The notes under the pieces are model-generated. The model worked only from the letters and a program-made list of their open reading frames with translations. It had not been told where the DNA came from and made no database searches. DNA of 64,000 nucleotides from Candidatus Omnitrophota bacterium (GTDB lineage: Bacteria > Ratteibacteria > UBA8468 > MWAK01). The position numbers were made by a program, and so were the translations under genes. This document shows, piece by piece, positions 1-9,742 of this stretch (its first letter is position 1; every line of letters starts with the position of its first letter). The stretch lies in assembly GCA_043826355.1 (NCBI GenBank), contig JBDRQI010000004.1, forward strand, positions 1-64,000. The letters run 5' to 3'.

Positions 1-141
1 GAGATGATTATTCCCGGGGATAACGCCAAGATTGAGGTAAAACTAATCGCCCCCATCGCCATGGAGAAAGGTCAGCGCTTCGCCATCCGGGAAGGCGGAC
101 ACACCGTCGGAGCGGGAGCGGTAACGGAAATTTTGGAATAA
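1..141 (+). CDS. tuf: Elongation factor Tu, C-terminal end (partial)
   Basis: Frame 1 reads [46 protein letters not shown]; directly upstream of rpsJ. Confidence 0.97.
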   Translation, partial: EMIIPGDNAKIEVKLIAPIAMEKGQRFAIREGGHTVGAGAVTEILE

Positions 142-177
142 TTTGGTGAAAAATAACGGATGACAGGAGCGTAAATT

Positions 178-489
178 ATGGGTACAAAGTTGAGGATTAA
201 ACTAAGGTCTTACGATCATCGCCTGCTGGACCAGTCGGTGACCGAAATAATTGAGATTAGCAAGCGGACGGGTGAGACGCTTGCCGGGCCGATTCCCCTG
301 CCTACGCGAAAGGAAAAATATACAGTATTGCGTTCGCCCTTTGTGCACAAGAAAAGCCGGGAACAGTTTGAAATTCGCATTCATCGCCGCCTGATCGATA
401 TCGTTAATCCAACGGGTAAAATCGTGGATGCGCTTACCAAATTAACGCTTCCGGCCGGGGTTGACGTAGAAATAAAATCTATGATATAA
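178..489 (+). CDS. rpsJ: 30S ribosomal protein S10
   Basis: [26 protein letters not shown] motifs. Confidence 0.98.
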   Translation: MGTKLRIKLRSYDHRLLDQSVTEIIEISKRTGETLAGPIPLPTRKEKYTVLRSPFVHKKSREQFEIRIHRRLIDIVNPTGKIVDALTKLTLPAGVDVEIKSMI

Positions 490-520
490 TTATAATTTTT
501 CTTAAATTATTCCAAACATT

Positions 521-1156
521 ATGGCCCTTGGAATTTTAGGTGTAAAAATAGGCATGACCCGTGTTTTTAACGAGGCCGGCGCTCCGGTCCCGGTGACGGT
601 AGTCCAGGCCGGACCTTGTCCGGTGGTACAGCAGAAACAGCCGGAAAAGGAAGGTTATTCTGCCCTTCAGATTGGTTTCGGGAAGGTACGGCGACCGGTT
701 AAATCGATCGTCGGACATTTCAAAAAATCAGGCTTGGAACAAGCGTGTCGCTTCCTCCGGGAATTTTTGGTTGAGGCGCCGGAACTTGAGAAATTTTCGG
801 TCGGCTCCCAAATTAAGGTTGATATTTTTGCAGCCGGTGAGAAGGTTTCTGTTTCCGGAGTTTCCATCGGAAAGGGTTTTCAGGGGGTCGTTAAGCGCCA
901 TGGATTTGCGGGCGGTCCCGCTACCCACGGCTCCATGTCTCACCGGGCGCCTGGTTCCATCGGAGGCAGTAACCCAGACCGCGTACCCAAGGGTCGAAGA
1001 ATGGGCGGCCGGATGGGCGGTAAAATGATTACGGTCCACAACCTGGAAGTGGTGAGGGTTGATACGGAAAAAAACCTGCTTTTGCTTAAGGGAGCAGTTC
1101 CCGGTGCCGAAGAAGGTCTTTTGGAAATAAAGAAAAGACGAGCATTGAAGACATAA
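521..1156 (+). CDS. rplC: 50S ribosomal protein L3
   Basis: GxKIGMT, GKGFQGVVKRHG, HGSMSHRAPGSIG; operon position. Confidence 0.98.
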   Translation: MALGILGVKIGMTRVFNEAGAPVPVTVVQAGPCPVVQQKQPEKEGYSALQIGFGKVRRPVKSIVGHFKKSGLEQACRFLREFLVEAPELEKFSVGSQIKVDIFAAGEKVSVSGVSIGKGFQGVVKRHGFAGGPATHGSMSHRAPGSIGGSNPDRVPKGRRMGGRMGGKMITVHNLEVVRVDTEKNLLLLKGAVPGAEEGLLEIKKRRALKT

Positions 1157-1171
1157 AATAACAAAAGATCA

Positions 1172-1274
1172 ACCGCAGAATCCGCCGAGGAGCGTGAAGC
1201 AAGAGCAAGGAAACTTAAAAGAAATAACAGTTAATAATCTTTAAATTCTCTGCGTGCTCAGCGTTCTCTGCGGT
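1172..1274. repeat. Intergenic inverted-repeat element, family B copy 1 (ACCGCAGA...TCTGCGGT)
   Basis: Complementary ends; interior GAAACTTAAAA..ATAACAGTT..TAATCTTT shared with 9601-9710. Confidence 0.75.
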
Positions 1275-1308
1275 AGTCAGCGTCTAAATAATTTGTTTTA
1301 GGAATTTT

Positions 1309-1929
1309 ATGGAAATAAAAATTCTTAATTTATCCGGAGAAATTGTCGGCACGGAAAAGGTGGAAACCGAACCGTTAGGCCGGGTGAACAAGAAGATTCT
1401 TTACGACGCCGTCAATGCTTATCGGGCGAACCAGCGGCAGGGAAACGCCTCTACAAAAACAAAGAGCGAGGTGCGGGGCGGCGGTAAGAAACCCTGGCGG
1501 CAGAAGGGTACCGGCCGTGCCCGGGTTGGTTCAATTCGTTCGCCCTTATGGCGGGGCGGCGGCGTTATTTTTGGGCCCAAACCGCGGGATTACCGGGTGG
1601 ACCTGCCGGAAAAAGTCAGAAGGGCGGCCCTGAAAGAAGCATTTAAGGATAAAATTCTTTCGGAAAAAATTTACCTGCTCTCTGAGTTTCAGGTTCCGGA
1701 GGCCAAGACGAAAATCATCAGTCAGTTTTTGCGAAAATCTTCTTTATCTGGTAAAATACTTATTTCTCTTCCTGCGGAATCAGAACTTTTTCGCCGGGCG
1801 GGAAGAAACATTCCCGGTGTAATTTTTTCCGACTGGAAATCGTTGAATTTTTATAATATCTTAAATTCCGACTGCCTCTTGATTTCCCGGGATATTTGGA
1901 GCGAGGTTAAAAAAAGAGCGCGGATATAA
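1309..1929 (+). CDS. rplD: 50S ribosomal protein L4
   Basis: KPWRQKGTGRARVGSIRSPLWRGGGVIFGP. Confidence 0.98.
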   Translation: MEIKILNLSGEIVGTEKVETEPLGRVNKKILYDAVNAYRANQRQGNASTKTKSEVRGGGKKPWRQKGTGRARVGSIRSPLWRGGGVIFGPKPRDYRVDLPEKVRRAALKEAFKDKILSEKIYLLSEFQVPEAKTKIISQFLRKSSLSGKILISLPAESELFRRAGRNIPGVIFSDWKSLNFYNILNSDCLLISRDIWSEVKKRARI

Positions 1930-1950
1930 GATGATATCCGACATTACCTA

Positions 1951-2229
1951 ATGAATACAGCCGACATTATCCGGTTTCCGTTAGTTACTGAAAAGGGCAG
2001 TTCTTTTTTGCAGCCGCATAATAAGTACCAGTTTTCGGTTCTGCCTTCGGCCAATAAACCGGAAATAAAGAAGGCGGTGGAAAAGATTTACAAGGTAAAG
2101 GTTATCGCGGTGCACATTTCTAATTTTACGGGCAAGAAGCGGAATTATCGCAGGCAGGCCGGAAAGAAGGCTGACTGGAAAAAGGCCGTCGTTACTTTAA
2201 AGAAAGGGGAACGCATTGAGTTTGTCTAA
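1951..2229 (+). CDS. rplW: 50S ribosomal protein L23
   Basis: PLVTEK, ANKPEIK, WKKAVVTL. Confidence 0.97.
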   Translation: MNTADIIRFPLVTEKGSSFLQPHNKYQFSVLPSANKPEIKKAVEKIYKVKVIAVHISNFTGKKRNYRRQAGKKADWKKAVVTLKKGERIEFV

Positions 2230-3034
2230 AAGAAGGCCGGTAACACCGACCATGCGGCATGCTGTTTTGCCGGATTTTGCGGAAATAACCAAGACGGAAC
2301 CGGAAAAGAAGCTTTTGGTTCACCGCCTTAAAAAAGGCGGCCGGAATAATCAGGGTCGTTTGACATTGCGTCACCGGGGAGGTGGGCACCGTCACCATTA
2401 CCGCATTATCGATTTTAAAGAGGATAAACCTTTGGCGGGTAAGGTTATCGCCATTGAATATGACCCCAACCGAAGCGCGCGCCTGGCGTTAATTCAGTAC
2501 CCGGACGGTGAACGACGTTACGTATTGGCGACAGCCGGGATGAACGTTTCCGGCCAGGTTGCATCTATTTCCGAAGCGCCGGCCACGGAAGGAAACCGGA
2601 TTCCGTTAAGAACTATTCCCGAAGGCAGTAATGTCTGCTGTCTGGATTTGAATCCGGGCAGGGGCGCTCAGATTGTACGGTCCGCGGGAGCTACTGCTGT
2701 TTTGATGTCCAAGACCGATAAATATGCCCAGGTAAAACTTCCCTCCGGCGAAATAAGATTTTTTCTGCTGGATTGCCGCGCTAAAGTAGGGACCATCAGC
2801 AACGCGGAGCATCGTTACGAATCGCTGGGTAAGGCCGGGCGTAACCGGTGGCGTGGCCGTCGTCCGATCGTACGCGGAGTGGTGATGAACCCGATTGACC
2901 ATCCTCTGGGTGGGGGTGAAGGAAAGAGTTCCGGAGGCAGACCTCCGGTAAGCCCGCAGGGAAAGCCGGAAGGCGTAAAAACGCGGAACCGAAAACGTTT
3001 TTCTCAGAAATTAATCGTCAAGCGCCGTAAATAA
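2216..3034 (+). CDS. rplB: 50S ribosomal protein L2 (TTG start overlapping rplW)
   Basis: GRNNQG, EYDPNRSA, VRGVVMNPIDHPLGGGEG. Confidence 0.98.
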   Translation: MSLSKRRPVTPTMRHAVLPDFAEITKTEPEKKLLVHRLKKGGRNNQGRLTLRHRGGGHRHHYRIIDFKEDKPLAGKVIAIEYDPNRSARLALIQYPDGERRYVLATAGMNVSGQVASISEAPATEGNRIPLRTIPEGSNVCCLDLNPGRGAQIVRSAGATAVLMSKTDKYAQVKLPSGEIRFFLLDCRAKVGTISNAEHRYESLGKAGRNRWRGRRPIVRGVVMNPIDHPLGGGEGKSSGGRPPVSPQGKPEGVKTRNRKRFSQKLIVKRRK

Positions 3035-3049
3035 CAGAGGATATTAAAG

Positions 3050-3334
3050 ATGAGCCGGTCGTTAAAAAAAGGACCACTGATTGATCAGAAACTTCTCAAG
3101 AAGATTGAGAAGGTAAGGAAGGGCGGACGCAAGGAACAGATTCGCACCTGGAGTCGTTCCAGCCAGATCAGCCCGGAATTTGTGGGGATGACCATCGCGA
3201 TTCATAACGGCAAGGTTTTTATTCCGGTTTACATTACGGAAAACATGGTTGGGCATCGTCTGGGTGAATTTTCGCCCACGCGCACTTTCCGTCACCACGG
3301 GATGCATACCGAGCGTTCAATCACGAAAAAATAA
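3050..3334 (+). CDS. rpsS: 30S ribosomal protein S19
   Basis: [28 protein letters not shown]. Confidence 0.98.
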   Translation: MSRSLKKGPLIDQKLLKKIEKVRKGGRKEQIRTWSRSSQISPEFVGMTIAIHNGKVFIPVYITENMVGHRLGEFSPTRTFRHHGMHTERSITKK

Positions 3335-3404
3335 TTATTTATTACAAAACGAAGGTATTTGGTGAGCATTAATCAGTGTGATTTTTTGTTTTTTACTCAA
3401 GCGA

Positions 3405-3581
3405 GGATTGTTTCTTTTGCACACTTCAGCGGAGTGACAGAAACAAAACAAGCAATACGAAGGATTGAGTATCCGGGGTCCGCCGGTTATTTTGGCGGGA
3501 ACACGGAGAGGCTCAAGCCGTAAGTTGCGTAGTTTTGTCTGACACGCAGGGCGTGAGCAAAAGAGACATCCGAGAGAACAT
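3405..3581 (+). repeat. Long nested-hairpin element, family A copy 1, abutting the rplV start (candidate structured RNA or MITE)
   Basis: GGATTGTTTCTTTTGC pairs with GCAAAAGAGACATCC; several inner stems; homologous to 7348-7523. Confidence 0.8.
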
Positions 3582-3926
3582 ATGGCTACGGTAGCAGCAA
3601 AAACAAAGTACGTGAGAATCAGCCCCCAGAAAACGAGGGAGGTGCTTTATCTGATTGAAGGTAAAACGCCAATGGAGGCGATTGGAATTTTAAAAAATTT
3701 GCCGCAGAGACCGGCGGCGTATATTGCCCAAACTATTATTTCTGCGTTGGCTAATGTTCGCAGCCGGAAATTTTCCGAAGAGAATTTTCGCTTGAAAAGT
3801 CTGGTTGTAGAACAGGGTCCGCGCCTGAAGCGCTTTCGGCCGGCTTCCATGGGGAAGGCCGTTTCGATAGTGCACCGCACGTCGCACTTAAAAGTGGTTC
3901 TATCGGACGAATGGGACAAAAAGTAA
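3582..3926 (+). CDS. rplV: 50S ribosomal protein L22
   Basis: YVRISPQK, GPRLKRFRP, RTSHL. Confidence 0.96.
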   Translation: MATVAAKTKYVRISPQKTREVLYLIEGKTPMEAIGILKNLPQRPAAYIAQTIISALANVRSRKFSEENFRLKSLVVEQGPRLKRFRPASMGKAVSIVHRTSHLKVVLSDEWDKK

Positions 3927-4546
3927 ATCCACTTTCATTTCGCCTGGGTTTCATTGAGAACTGGCGGTCCAACTGGTTTCAACACCGAAGGCTGGGGCCT
4001 TCTATTTTGGAAGATTATCAGATCCGGAAGTATCTGGCTAAGCGCTTCCCGGATAGCGGGGTAACCCGGGTAGACATCGATCGTCTGGTTGATATTGTCC
4101 GCGTTAAGATTAAGGCAAACCGGCCGGGATTGATTATTGGCCGTAAGGGAGCCGAAATCAACACCGTGAGCGCTGAATTGCGTAAGATTTGCGGAAAAGA
4201 AGTGACAATTGACGTTACGGAAACACAAAACTCAGCGACGGATGCGACGTTTGTGAGCGGCAGTATCGCCGCGCAACTGAGCCAGAAAGGACGTTCTTTC
4301 CGGTATGTTTGCAAGCGGACAATTGAAACTGCTATGCAGCAGGGCGCCGGTGGGATTAAGATCAAGATATCCGGCCGGTTGGGTGGCGCGGAGATAAGCC
4401 GTTGTGAAACCTACAAACAAGGAAAGATACCGCTCCATACTCTGGTTGCCATAATTGATTATGCCAGCGCGACTGCCTTTACCACCTACGGAACCATCGG
4501 GGTGAAGGTTTGGATCTATAAAGGGAACGCTAAAGAAAAAGTTTAG
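3911..4546 (+). CDS. rpsC: 30S ribosomal protein S3
   Basis: MGQKVNP, RPGLIIGRKG, SGRLGGAEI, YGTIGVKVWI. Confidence 0.98.
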   Translation: MGQKVNPLSFRLGFIENWRSNWFQHRRLGPSILEDYQIRKYLAKRFPDSGVTRVDIDRLVDIVRVKIKANRPGLIIGRKGAEINTVSAELRKICGKEVTIDVTETQNSATDATFVSGSIAAQLSQKGRSFRYVCKRTIETAMQQGAGGIKIKISGRLGGAEISRCETYKQGKIPLHTLVAIIDYASATAFTTYGTIGVKVWIYKGNAKEKV

Positions 4547-4562
4547 GGGTAACCCCACAACA

Positions 4563-4970
4563 ATGGCTTTAATACCAAAACGCGTTAAATTCCGGAATAT
4601 GCACGGTGGTCGGACTACCGGAAAAGCCACCTCCGGGAATAAGCTTTCTTTCGGCGAGTGTGGCTTATTGGCATTGAAACCCGGTTATTTTACCGAACGT
4701 CAGATTGAGGCGGCCCGTGTAGCCGCAACCCATTACCTGAAAGGAAAAGGTAAATTATGGATTCGTGTTTTCCCGGACCGGCCAACTACCAAGAAACCGG
4801 CGGAAGTTAGAATGGGCAAGGGGAAGGGCGATTTATTCCAGTGGACGGTGCGTATTTTACCGGGTCGGGTGATTATGGAATTGACCGGGGCCGGAACGGA
4901 TGAGATGAAAGAAGCGTTGCGTTTGGCTTCCGGCAAGTTTCCGCTGGCGACGCGTGTCATAACCCGATGA
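4563..4970 (+). CDS. rplP: 50S ribosomal protein L16
   Basis: PKRVKFR, WIRVFPD, EVRMGKGKG. Confidence 0.98.
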   Translation: MALIPKRVKFRNMHGGRTTGKATSGNKLSFGECGLLALKPGYFTERQIEAARVAATHYLKGKGKLWIRVFPDRPTTKKPAEVRMGKGKGDLFQWTVRILPGRVIMELTGAGTDEMKEALRLASGKFPLATRVITR

Positions 4971-5161
4971 ATAAAAAAGATTTTGACGGTTTAAAAAAGT
5001 TAGGCGAACTCGAACTGCGGGAAAAACTCAGCGAGTTAAAAAATAACCTCTATCATTTGCGGATGCGGTTGCGAGTAGGGCAGACAAAGGATAATGCGGC
5101 TATCAGCCGGACCAGGAAAGATATTGCCCGTGTGCTCACGCTTTTGAAACAGAAGCCATAA
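4967..5161 (+). CDS. rpmC: 50S ribosomal protein L29
   Basis: 64 aa helical protein, RKDIARVLT; position between rplP and rpsQ. Confidence 0.93.
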   Translation: MNKKDFDGLKKLGELELREKLSELKNNLYHLRMRLRVGQTKDNAAISRTRKDIARVLTLLKQKP

Positions 5162-5178
5162 AGGATTTATTTGCTAAA

Positions 5179-5424
5179 ATGAAAAAGAAATTAGAAGGAA
5201 TCGTGGTAGGCGACGGGATGGAGAAAACACGGGTTGCCGTAGTGGAGCGGTTTAAAAGACATTATTTATACCATAAAGAGATACGGGTCAGGACCCGCTA
5301 TAAGTTTCATGACCCTAAAAACGAAAGTCACATCGGCGATCGGGTTGTAATTGAGGAATGTCGTCCGCTGAGTAAAGATAAAAGATGGCGCTTGATATCT
5401 GTAGTTAAACTGGCCGCCGGGTAG
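5179..5424 (+). CDS. rpsQ: 30S ribosomal protein S17
   Basis: [19 protein letters not shown]. Confidence 0.97.
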   Translation: MKKKLEGIVVGDGMEKTRVAVVERFKRHYLYHKEIRVRTRYKFHDPKNESHIGDRVVIEECRPLSKDKRWRLISVVKLAAG

Positions 5425-5447
5425 TTTATGGAAGAAGTAATTCAAAT

Positions 5448-5816
5448 ATGGTTCAACTGAGAACGATTCTGGAAGTGGCGGATAATACCGGAGCGAGAAG
5501 GATTATGTGCTTTGGTATTCCGGGCGGTACCCGTAAGCGCACGGCCGGTATCGGCGATGTGATCGTAGCCACGGTTAAGGACGCTCTTCCTGTCGGTGCC
5601 GTAAAAAAGAAAGAAGTAGTTCGGGCGGTAGTGGTACGTACCCGAAATCGCATTGCCCGGTCAGATGGTTCCTATCTTTCTTTTGACCATAACAGTGCGG
5701 TTATTGTTGATCAGGACAACAATCCCCGGGGTACCCGGGTTTTTGGTCCGGTTGCCCGGGAACTGCGGGACAAAAATTTCGCCAAGATTATTTCTTTGGC
5801 CCCGGAAGTTCTTTAG
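5448..5816 (+). CDS. rplN: 50S ribosomal protein L14
   Basis: [27 protein letters not shown]. Confidence 0.98.
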   Translation: MVQLRTILEVADNTGARRIMCFGIPGGTRKRTAGIGDVIVATVKDALPVGAVKKKEVVRAVVVRTRNRIARSDGSYLSFDHNSAVIVDQDNNPRGTRVFGPVARELRDKNFAKIISLAPEVL

Positions 5817-5831
5817 AAGGGAGTATTTTTC

Positions 5832-6158
5832 ATGAAATTACGTAAGGGAGATTTTGTGCAGGTATTGAAAGGTAAGGATGTTGGTAAAAAAGGCCGGATA
5901 TTGAGAGTATATCCCCAGAAAGATAAGGCGCTGGTAGAGGGTGTTAATTTTGTAAAACGACATACTAAGCCGGGTCGGGTTGACCGTCAGGGCGGCATAA
6001 TTCAAAAGGAAGCACCGATTGCCCTGCCCGGATTGAGCTATTTTTGTTTGAAATGCAATCATATTGCCCGGGTTGGATTTAAGTTTATCAGCGAAAATAA
6101 AATCAGATATTGCAAGAAGTGCGGTGAATTGATTGAGAGTAGTCAGGGGAAACGATGA
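5832..6158 (+). CDS. rplX: 50S ribosomal protein L24
   Basis: KOW motif KGDFVQVLKGKDVGKKG; C-terminal CxxC...CxxC. Confidence 0.96.
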   Translation: MKLRKGDFVQVLKGKDVGKKGRILRVYPQKDKALVEGVNFVKRHTKPGRVDRQGGIIQKEAPIALPGLSYFCLKCNHIARVGFKFISENKIRYCKKCGELIESSQGKR

Positions 6159-6700
6159 CGCGACTTTTTAAAAAATATAAATCTGAAATTGTTCCTAAAT
6201 TGCAGACCGAATTTAAGCATAAGAACCGAATGGCGGTCGGCAAGCTGGTAAAAGTGGTTGTCAGCGTTGGCCTTGGAAAAATCAACAAGGAGGAAAAGGC
6301 GGTAGCGGAAATTCTGGCCACGCTGGGAGCGATTACCGGGCAGAAACCGGTTACCAGGCGCGCCCGAAAATCAATCGCTAATTTTAATTTGCGTGAAAAT
6401 GATCTGGTTGGCGCTTTCGTAACCCTGCGCGGGAAAAGAATGTATGAATTTTTCGACCGACTGGTGACCTTTGCCCTGCCGCGCGTGAGAGATTTTCGAG
6501 GTTTGCCTCCTTCCGGTTTTGACCGGAACGGAAACTATAGTTTTGGTCTGGCTGAACAGACCGTTTTTCCGGAAGTAGATTACAATAAAATAGAAAAGGT
6601 TTTTGGAATGAATGTAAACCTGGTTTGTAATGCTAAAAACAAGGAAGAGGCGAAAGCATTGCTGGTTGCCCTGGGCTTGCCTTTAGAGGCAGCCCCATAG
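6155..6700 (+). CDS. rplE: 50S ribosomal protein L5
   Basis: ITGQKP, VTLRG, LPRVRDFRG, GNYSFG. Confidence 0.98.
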   Translation: MTRLFKKYKSEIVPKLQTEFKHKNRMAVGKLVKVVVSVGLGKINKEEKAVAEILATLGAITGQKPVTRRARKSIANFNLRENDLVGAFVTLRGKRMYEFFDRLVTFALPRVRDFRGLPPSGFDRNGNYSFGLAEQTVFPEVDYNKIEKVFGMNVNLVCNAKNKEEAKALLVALGLPLEAAP

Positions 6701-6709
6701 AAAGGATAA

Positions 6710-6892
6710 ATGGCGAGAAAAGCGTTGTTGCAGAAAAATTTACACCCTAAGTACCCGGCAAGGCGCCGAAACCGGTGTTTAATCTGCGGAAGACCGCGTG
6801 GTTATCTGCGCCGGTTTGGTTTATGCCGAATCTGTTTTCGCGAGCGCGCCAGCCGTGGTGAAATTCCTGGTGTGGTAAAATCCAGCTGGTAA
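6710..6892 (+). CDS. rpsN: 30S ribosomal protein S14, Zn-binding short type
   Basis: [26 protein letters not shown]. Confidence 0.97.
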   Translation: MARKALLQKNLHPKYPARRRNRCLICGRPRGYLRRFGLCRICFRERASRGEIPGVVKSSW

Positions 6893-6919
6893 CAGGGGAT
6901 TATCGTCAAGAGAGGGAAA

Positions 6920-7318
6920 ATGGTTAATGACCCGATTGGTGATTTACTGGTGCGCCTCAAGAATGGGGGAAGCGGGAAGAAGGCAGAGATAAGGGTGCCT
7001 TGTTCCCGGATGAAAGAGGCGATTCTCAAGATTCTTTCCGGAGCAGGTTATGTGGCCGGTTACGAATTACGGGAAAGATCAGGCCGGAAAGAATTAGTGG
7101 TGAAATTAAAATACGATTCCCATTTGGTTCACGCGATTAAAGGAGTAAAAAGAATGAGCACGCCGGGTTGCCATATTTATATCTCCAGTGACGAAATCAA
7201 TCAGCGAATCAGAGGGCGGGATAAACTGGGAATTATTTCCACTTCCCGGGGTGTAGTTTCGCATTACGAAGCTAAAAAACAAGGTCTGGGCGGCAAATTT
7301 CTCGCAATTATCTGGTAG
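6920..7318 (+). CDS. rpsH: 30S ribosomal protein S8
   Basis: DPIGDLLVRLKN, STPG, ISTSRGV. Confidence 0.96.
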   Translation: MVNDPIGDLLVRLKNGGSGKKAEIRVPCSRMKEAILKILSGAGYVAGYELRERSGRKELVVKLKYDSHLVHAIKGVKRMSTPGCHIYISSDEINQRIRGRDKLGIISTSRGVVSHYEAKKQGLGGKFLAIIW

Positions 7319-7347
7319 TAGTGTACATATGTAGTTTACAAGAACGA

Positions 7348-7523
7348 GGATTGTCTCTTTTGCAACACTTCGTGGAGTGTCAGTTACAAAACAAGCAGTA
7401 TGAGTGAATGAGTATCCGTGGTCCGACAGAAATATTGGCGGAAACACGGAGAGCCTCGTTCACGAGTTGCGTAGTTTTGTCTGACACGCAGCGTGTGGGA
7501 AAAAGAGACATCCGAGAGAACCT
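7348..7523 (+). repeat. Long nested-hairpin element, family A copy 2, abutting the rplF start
   Basis: GGATTGTCTCTTTT pairs with AAAAGAGACATCC; aligns along its length with 3405-3581, including the GAGAGAACnTATGGC end. Confidence 0.8.
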
Positions 7524-8111
7524 ATGGCAAAATTAGGCAAGCGAACGATTACGATTCCCGAAGGCGTAAAAGTTTCCCTGGAAGCCGGCAGATTGAATCT
7601 GGCTGGACCGGAGGGAAAATTGAGCGTAGAAATTCCGCCTGCTCTTTCGGTGGTGTTGGATAAAGAACGGATAAGGGTTAACTGTGCGGTTACAGGTCAG
7701 GGCCTGGCTAAGAAGACGAAGCGAAAACTGGAAGGAGTTCGGGGACTTGTCCGGTCTTTGATTAACAGCCGGTTAAGCGCAGTTAAGAACGGATGCCTCA
7801 AAAAACTTGAGGTAATCGGGGTGGGCTATGGAGCCGAAGTAAAAGGAAAGGAATTGGTTCTTAAGGTTGGTTTTTCTCATCCGGTTCAGTTCACCATTCC
7901 GGAAGGCGTAAAAGTAAAGGTCGAAAAGATTCTGGTCAGCATTTCCGGTGTTAACCCGGAAACGGTGGGTGATTTTGCCGCCCGGATAAGAACAGTAAAA
8001 CCACCGGAACCTTACGGCGGTAAAGGTATTCGTTATCAAGGTGAGTATGTCCGGCATAAGGTTGGAAAGACTGCTGGAGCGGCCGGAGTCACAGCCGGCG
8101 GCGCCAAATAA
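7524..8111 (+). CDS. rplF: 50S ribosomal protein L6
   Basis: GVGY, GFSHP, PPEPYGGKGIRY. Confidence 0.97.
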   Translation: MAKLGKRTITIPEGVKVSLEAGRLNLAGPEGKLSVEIPPALSVVLDKERIRVNCAVTGQGLAKKTKRKLEGVRGLVRSLINSRLSAVKNGCLKKLEVIGVGYGAEVKGKELVLKVGFSHPVQFTIPEGVKVKVEKILVSISGVNPETVGDFAARIRTVKPPEPYGGKGIRYQGEYVRHKVGKTAGAAGVTAGGAK

Positions 8112-8150
8112 CGCGCACCCGTTTTTGTTTCAGAACGACAAGAAAATATC

Positions 8151-8519
8151 ATGATTAAAGATAAAAAAGAAAGGCGTCATATGCGGCATTTGCGATTTAT
8201 TAAACGGCTTGTACCCGGGGGCGGAAAGCCGCGTGTTTTAGTGCGAAAGAGCTTAAAATATATTTACGCCCTTTTAATTGATGATGCAAAAAGAAAAGTG
8301 ATTTTAACCGTTTCCAGCATGTCTCAGGTGCCGGCCGGAGATGCGAAAAAAAACAGCCGAAAGAACGTGGCAGCCGCAGAGTTGGTGGGCAAAGCGATGG
8401 CCGAAGCAGCTTTGAAGGCAGGTTATCAGGAAGTTGTTTTTGACCGTGGCGGTTATCTTTATCACGGAAAAGTAAAGGCGCTTGCGGAAGCAACCCGGGC
8501 AGCCGGACTTAAGTTCTGA
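8151..8519 (+). CDS. rplR: 50S ribosomal protein L18
   Basis: VFDRGGYLYHGKVKALAEATRAAGLKF. Confidence 0.97.
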   Translation: MIKDKKERRHMRHLRFIKRLVPGGGKPRVLVRKSLKYIYALLIDDAKRKVILTVSSMSQVPAGDAKKNSRKNVAAAELVGKAMAEAALKAGYQEVVFDRGGYLYHGKVKALAEATRAAGLKF

Positions 8520-8597
8520 CGCAAAAATGATTTCAGCGATTTAATCACCGTAATCTATATTGTAAGAATCACCGTAATCAACGTAGTTTGTTAAAAA

Positions 8598-9080
8598 ATG
8601 GTAGAAAAAAAACGTAAAAGAAGCGGGAATTTTAAACGAAAAAAATTCACGGACGACGGCTCTTACGAAAAGGTTGTGCGTATCAACCGAATCAGCAAGA
8701 CAGTTGCCGGCGGACGGCGGATGCGTTTCAATGCCCTGGTAATCGTGGGGGACAAAAAGGGCAAAGTTGGTGTTGGTTTGGCTAAAGCGAAGGAAGTTTC
8801 TCTGGCAATCGATAAAGCCAGAAGGCTGGCTCAGCGGCACACCGCGTCTGTGGTTATGGATGGGAACACCATACCCCATGAAATGCTGATAAAGTTTAAA
8901 GCGGTGAAGATTCTTTTAAAACCGGCCAGGCGCGGCCGTGGAATCGTGGCGGGCCAGACTTTACGTGCTATTGCCGAAGCGGCCGGCATCAAAGATTTAG
9001 TGACAAAAATTATCGGAAGCGCCAATCCGGTTAATGTAGCTAAAGCGGCCATGAAAGGGTTGACTGGTTATCTGCCATGA
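8598..9080 (+). CDS. rpsE: 30S ribosomal protein S5
   Basis: KTVAGGRRMRFNALVIVGD, GSANPVN. Confidence 0.97.
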   Translation: MVEKKRKRSGNFKRKKFTDDGSYEKVVRINRISKTVAGGRRMRFNALVIVGDKKGKVGVGLAKAKEVSLAIDKARRLAQRHTASVVMDGNTIPHEMLIKFKAVKILLKPARRGRGIVAGQTLRAIAEAAGIKDLVTKIIGSANPVNVAKAAMKGLTGYLP

Positions 9081-9661
9081 AATTAAATGAAATCGGAAGG
9101 CCGAAAGGAAGCAACCGTCCGGTGAAAAGACGGGGCCGGGGCGGCGCCAGCGGACACGGCGGCACGTCAACCCGTGGGCACAAAGGACAAAAATCACGCG
9201 CCGGCGGTGGCGTAAGGCCGGGCTTTGAAGGAGGGCAGATGCCCTTAATCCGTCGGATTCCCAAGCTCGGTTTTACTTCGCGCCGAAAAGACCGGTACCA
9301 GATTATTAACTTGGACGATCTTTCCCGTTTTCCGGAAAACACCCTGGTGGATTACAAAGTCCTTCTTTCGGCCGGTCTGGTTAAAAAAAAGCTGCCGGTT
9401 AAGATCCTGGGTTACGGCGACCTGAAGGTTCCTCTGAAGGTGGAGGCCGGTTTCTTCAGCAAGCAGGCCGAAAAGAAGATAATTGCGGCCAAAGGCCAGG
9501 CAATCGTTATTACTACGCAAGCCCCAAAAATCGGTAAAGAAAAACAAAGCGGACGTACAATAAACATAGAAACCGCCAAAAATAAACCGATAGAAAATGA
9601 ACCGCAGAGTCCACAGAGACCGCAGAGGAGTATGAAGCAGGAAAAGAAACTTAAAAAATAA
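9077..9661 (+). CDS. rplO: 50S ribosomal protein L15 with a C-terminal extension of about 50 aa
   Basis: RGRGGASGHGGTSTRGHKGQKSR, GFEGGQMPLIRRIPKLGF. Confidence 0.97.
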   Translation: MKLNEIGRPKGSNRPVKRRGRGGASGHGGTSTRGHKGQKSRAGGGVRPGFEGGQMPLIRRIPKLGFTSRRKDRYQIINLDDLSRFPENTLVDYKVLLSAGLVKKKLPVKILGYGDLKVPLKVEAGFFSKQAEKKIIAAKGQAIVITTQAPKIGKEKQSGRTINIETAKNKPIENEPQSPQRPQRSMKQEKKLKK

Positions 9662-9710
9662 CAGTTTATAATCTTTGATGATTCTCTTCGTACTCCGCGT
9701 TCTTTGCGGT
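9601..9710. repeat. Inverted-repeat element, family B copy 2, overlapping the rplO 3' end
   Basis: ACCGCAGAG...TCTTTGCGGT ends; interior homologous to 1172-1274. Confidence 0.75.
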
Positions 9711-9742
9711 AATTTTCGGTAATCTTGTTAAATTAATTTATT

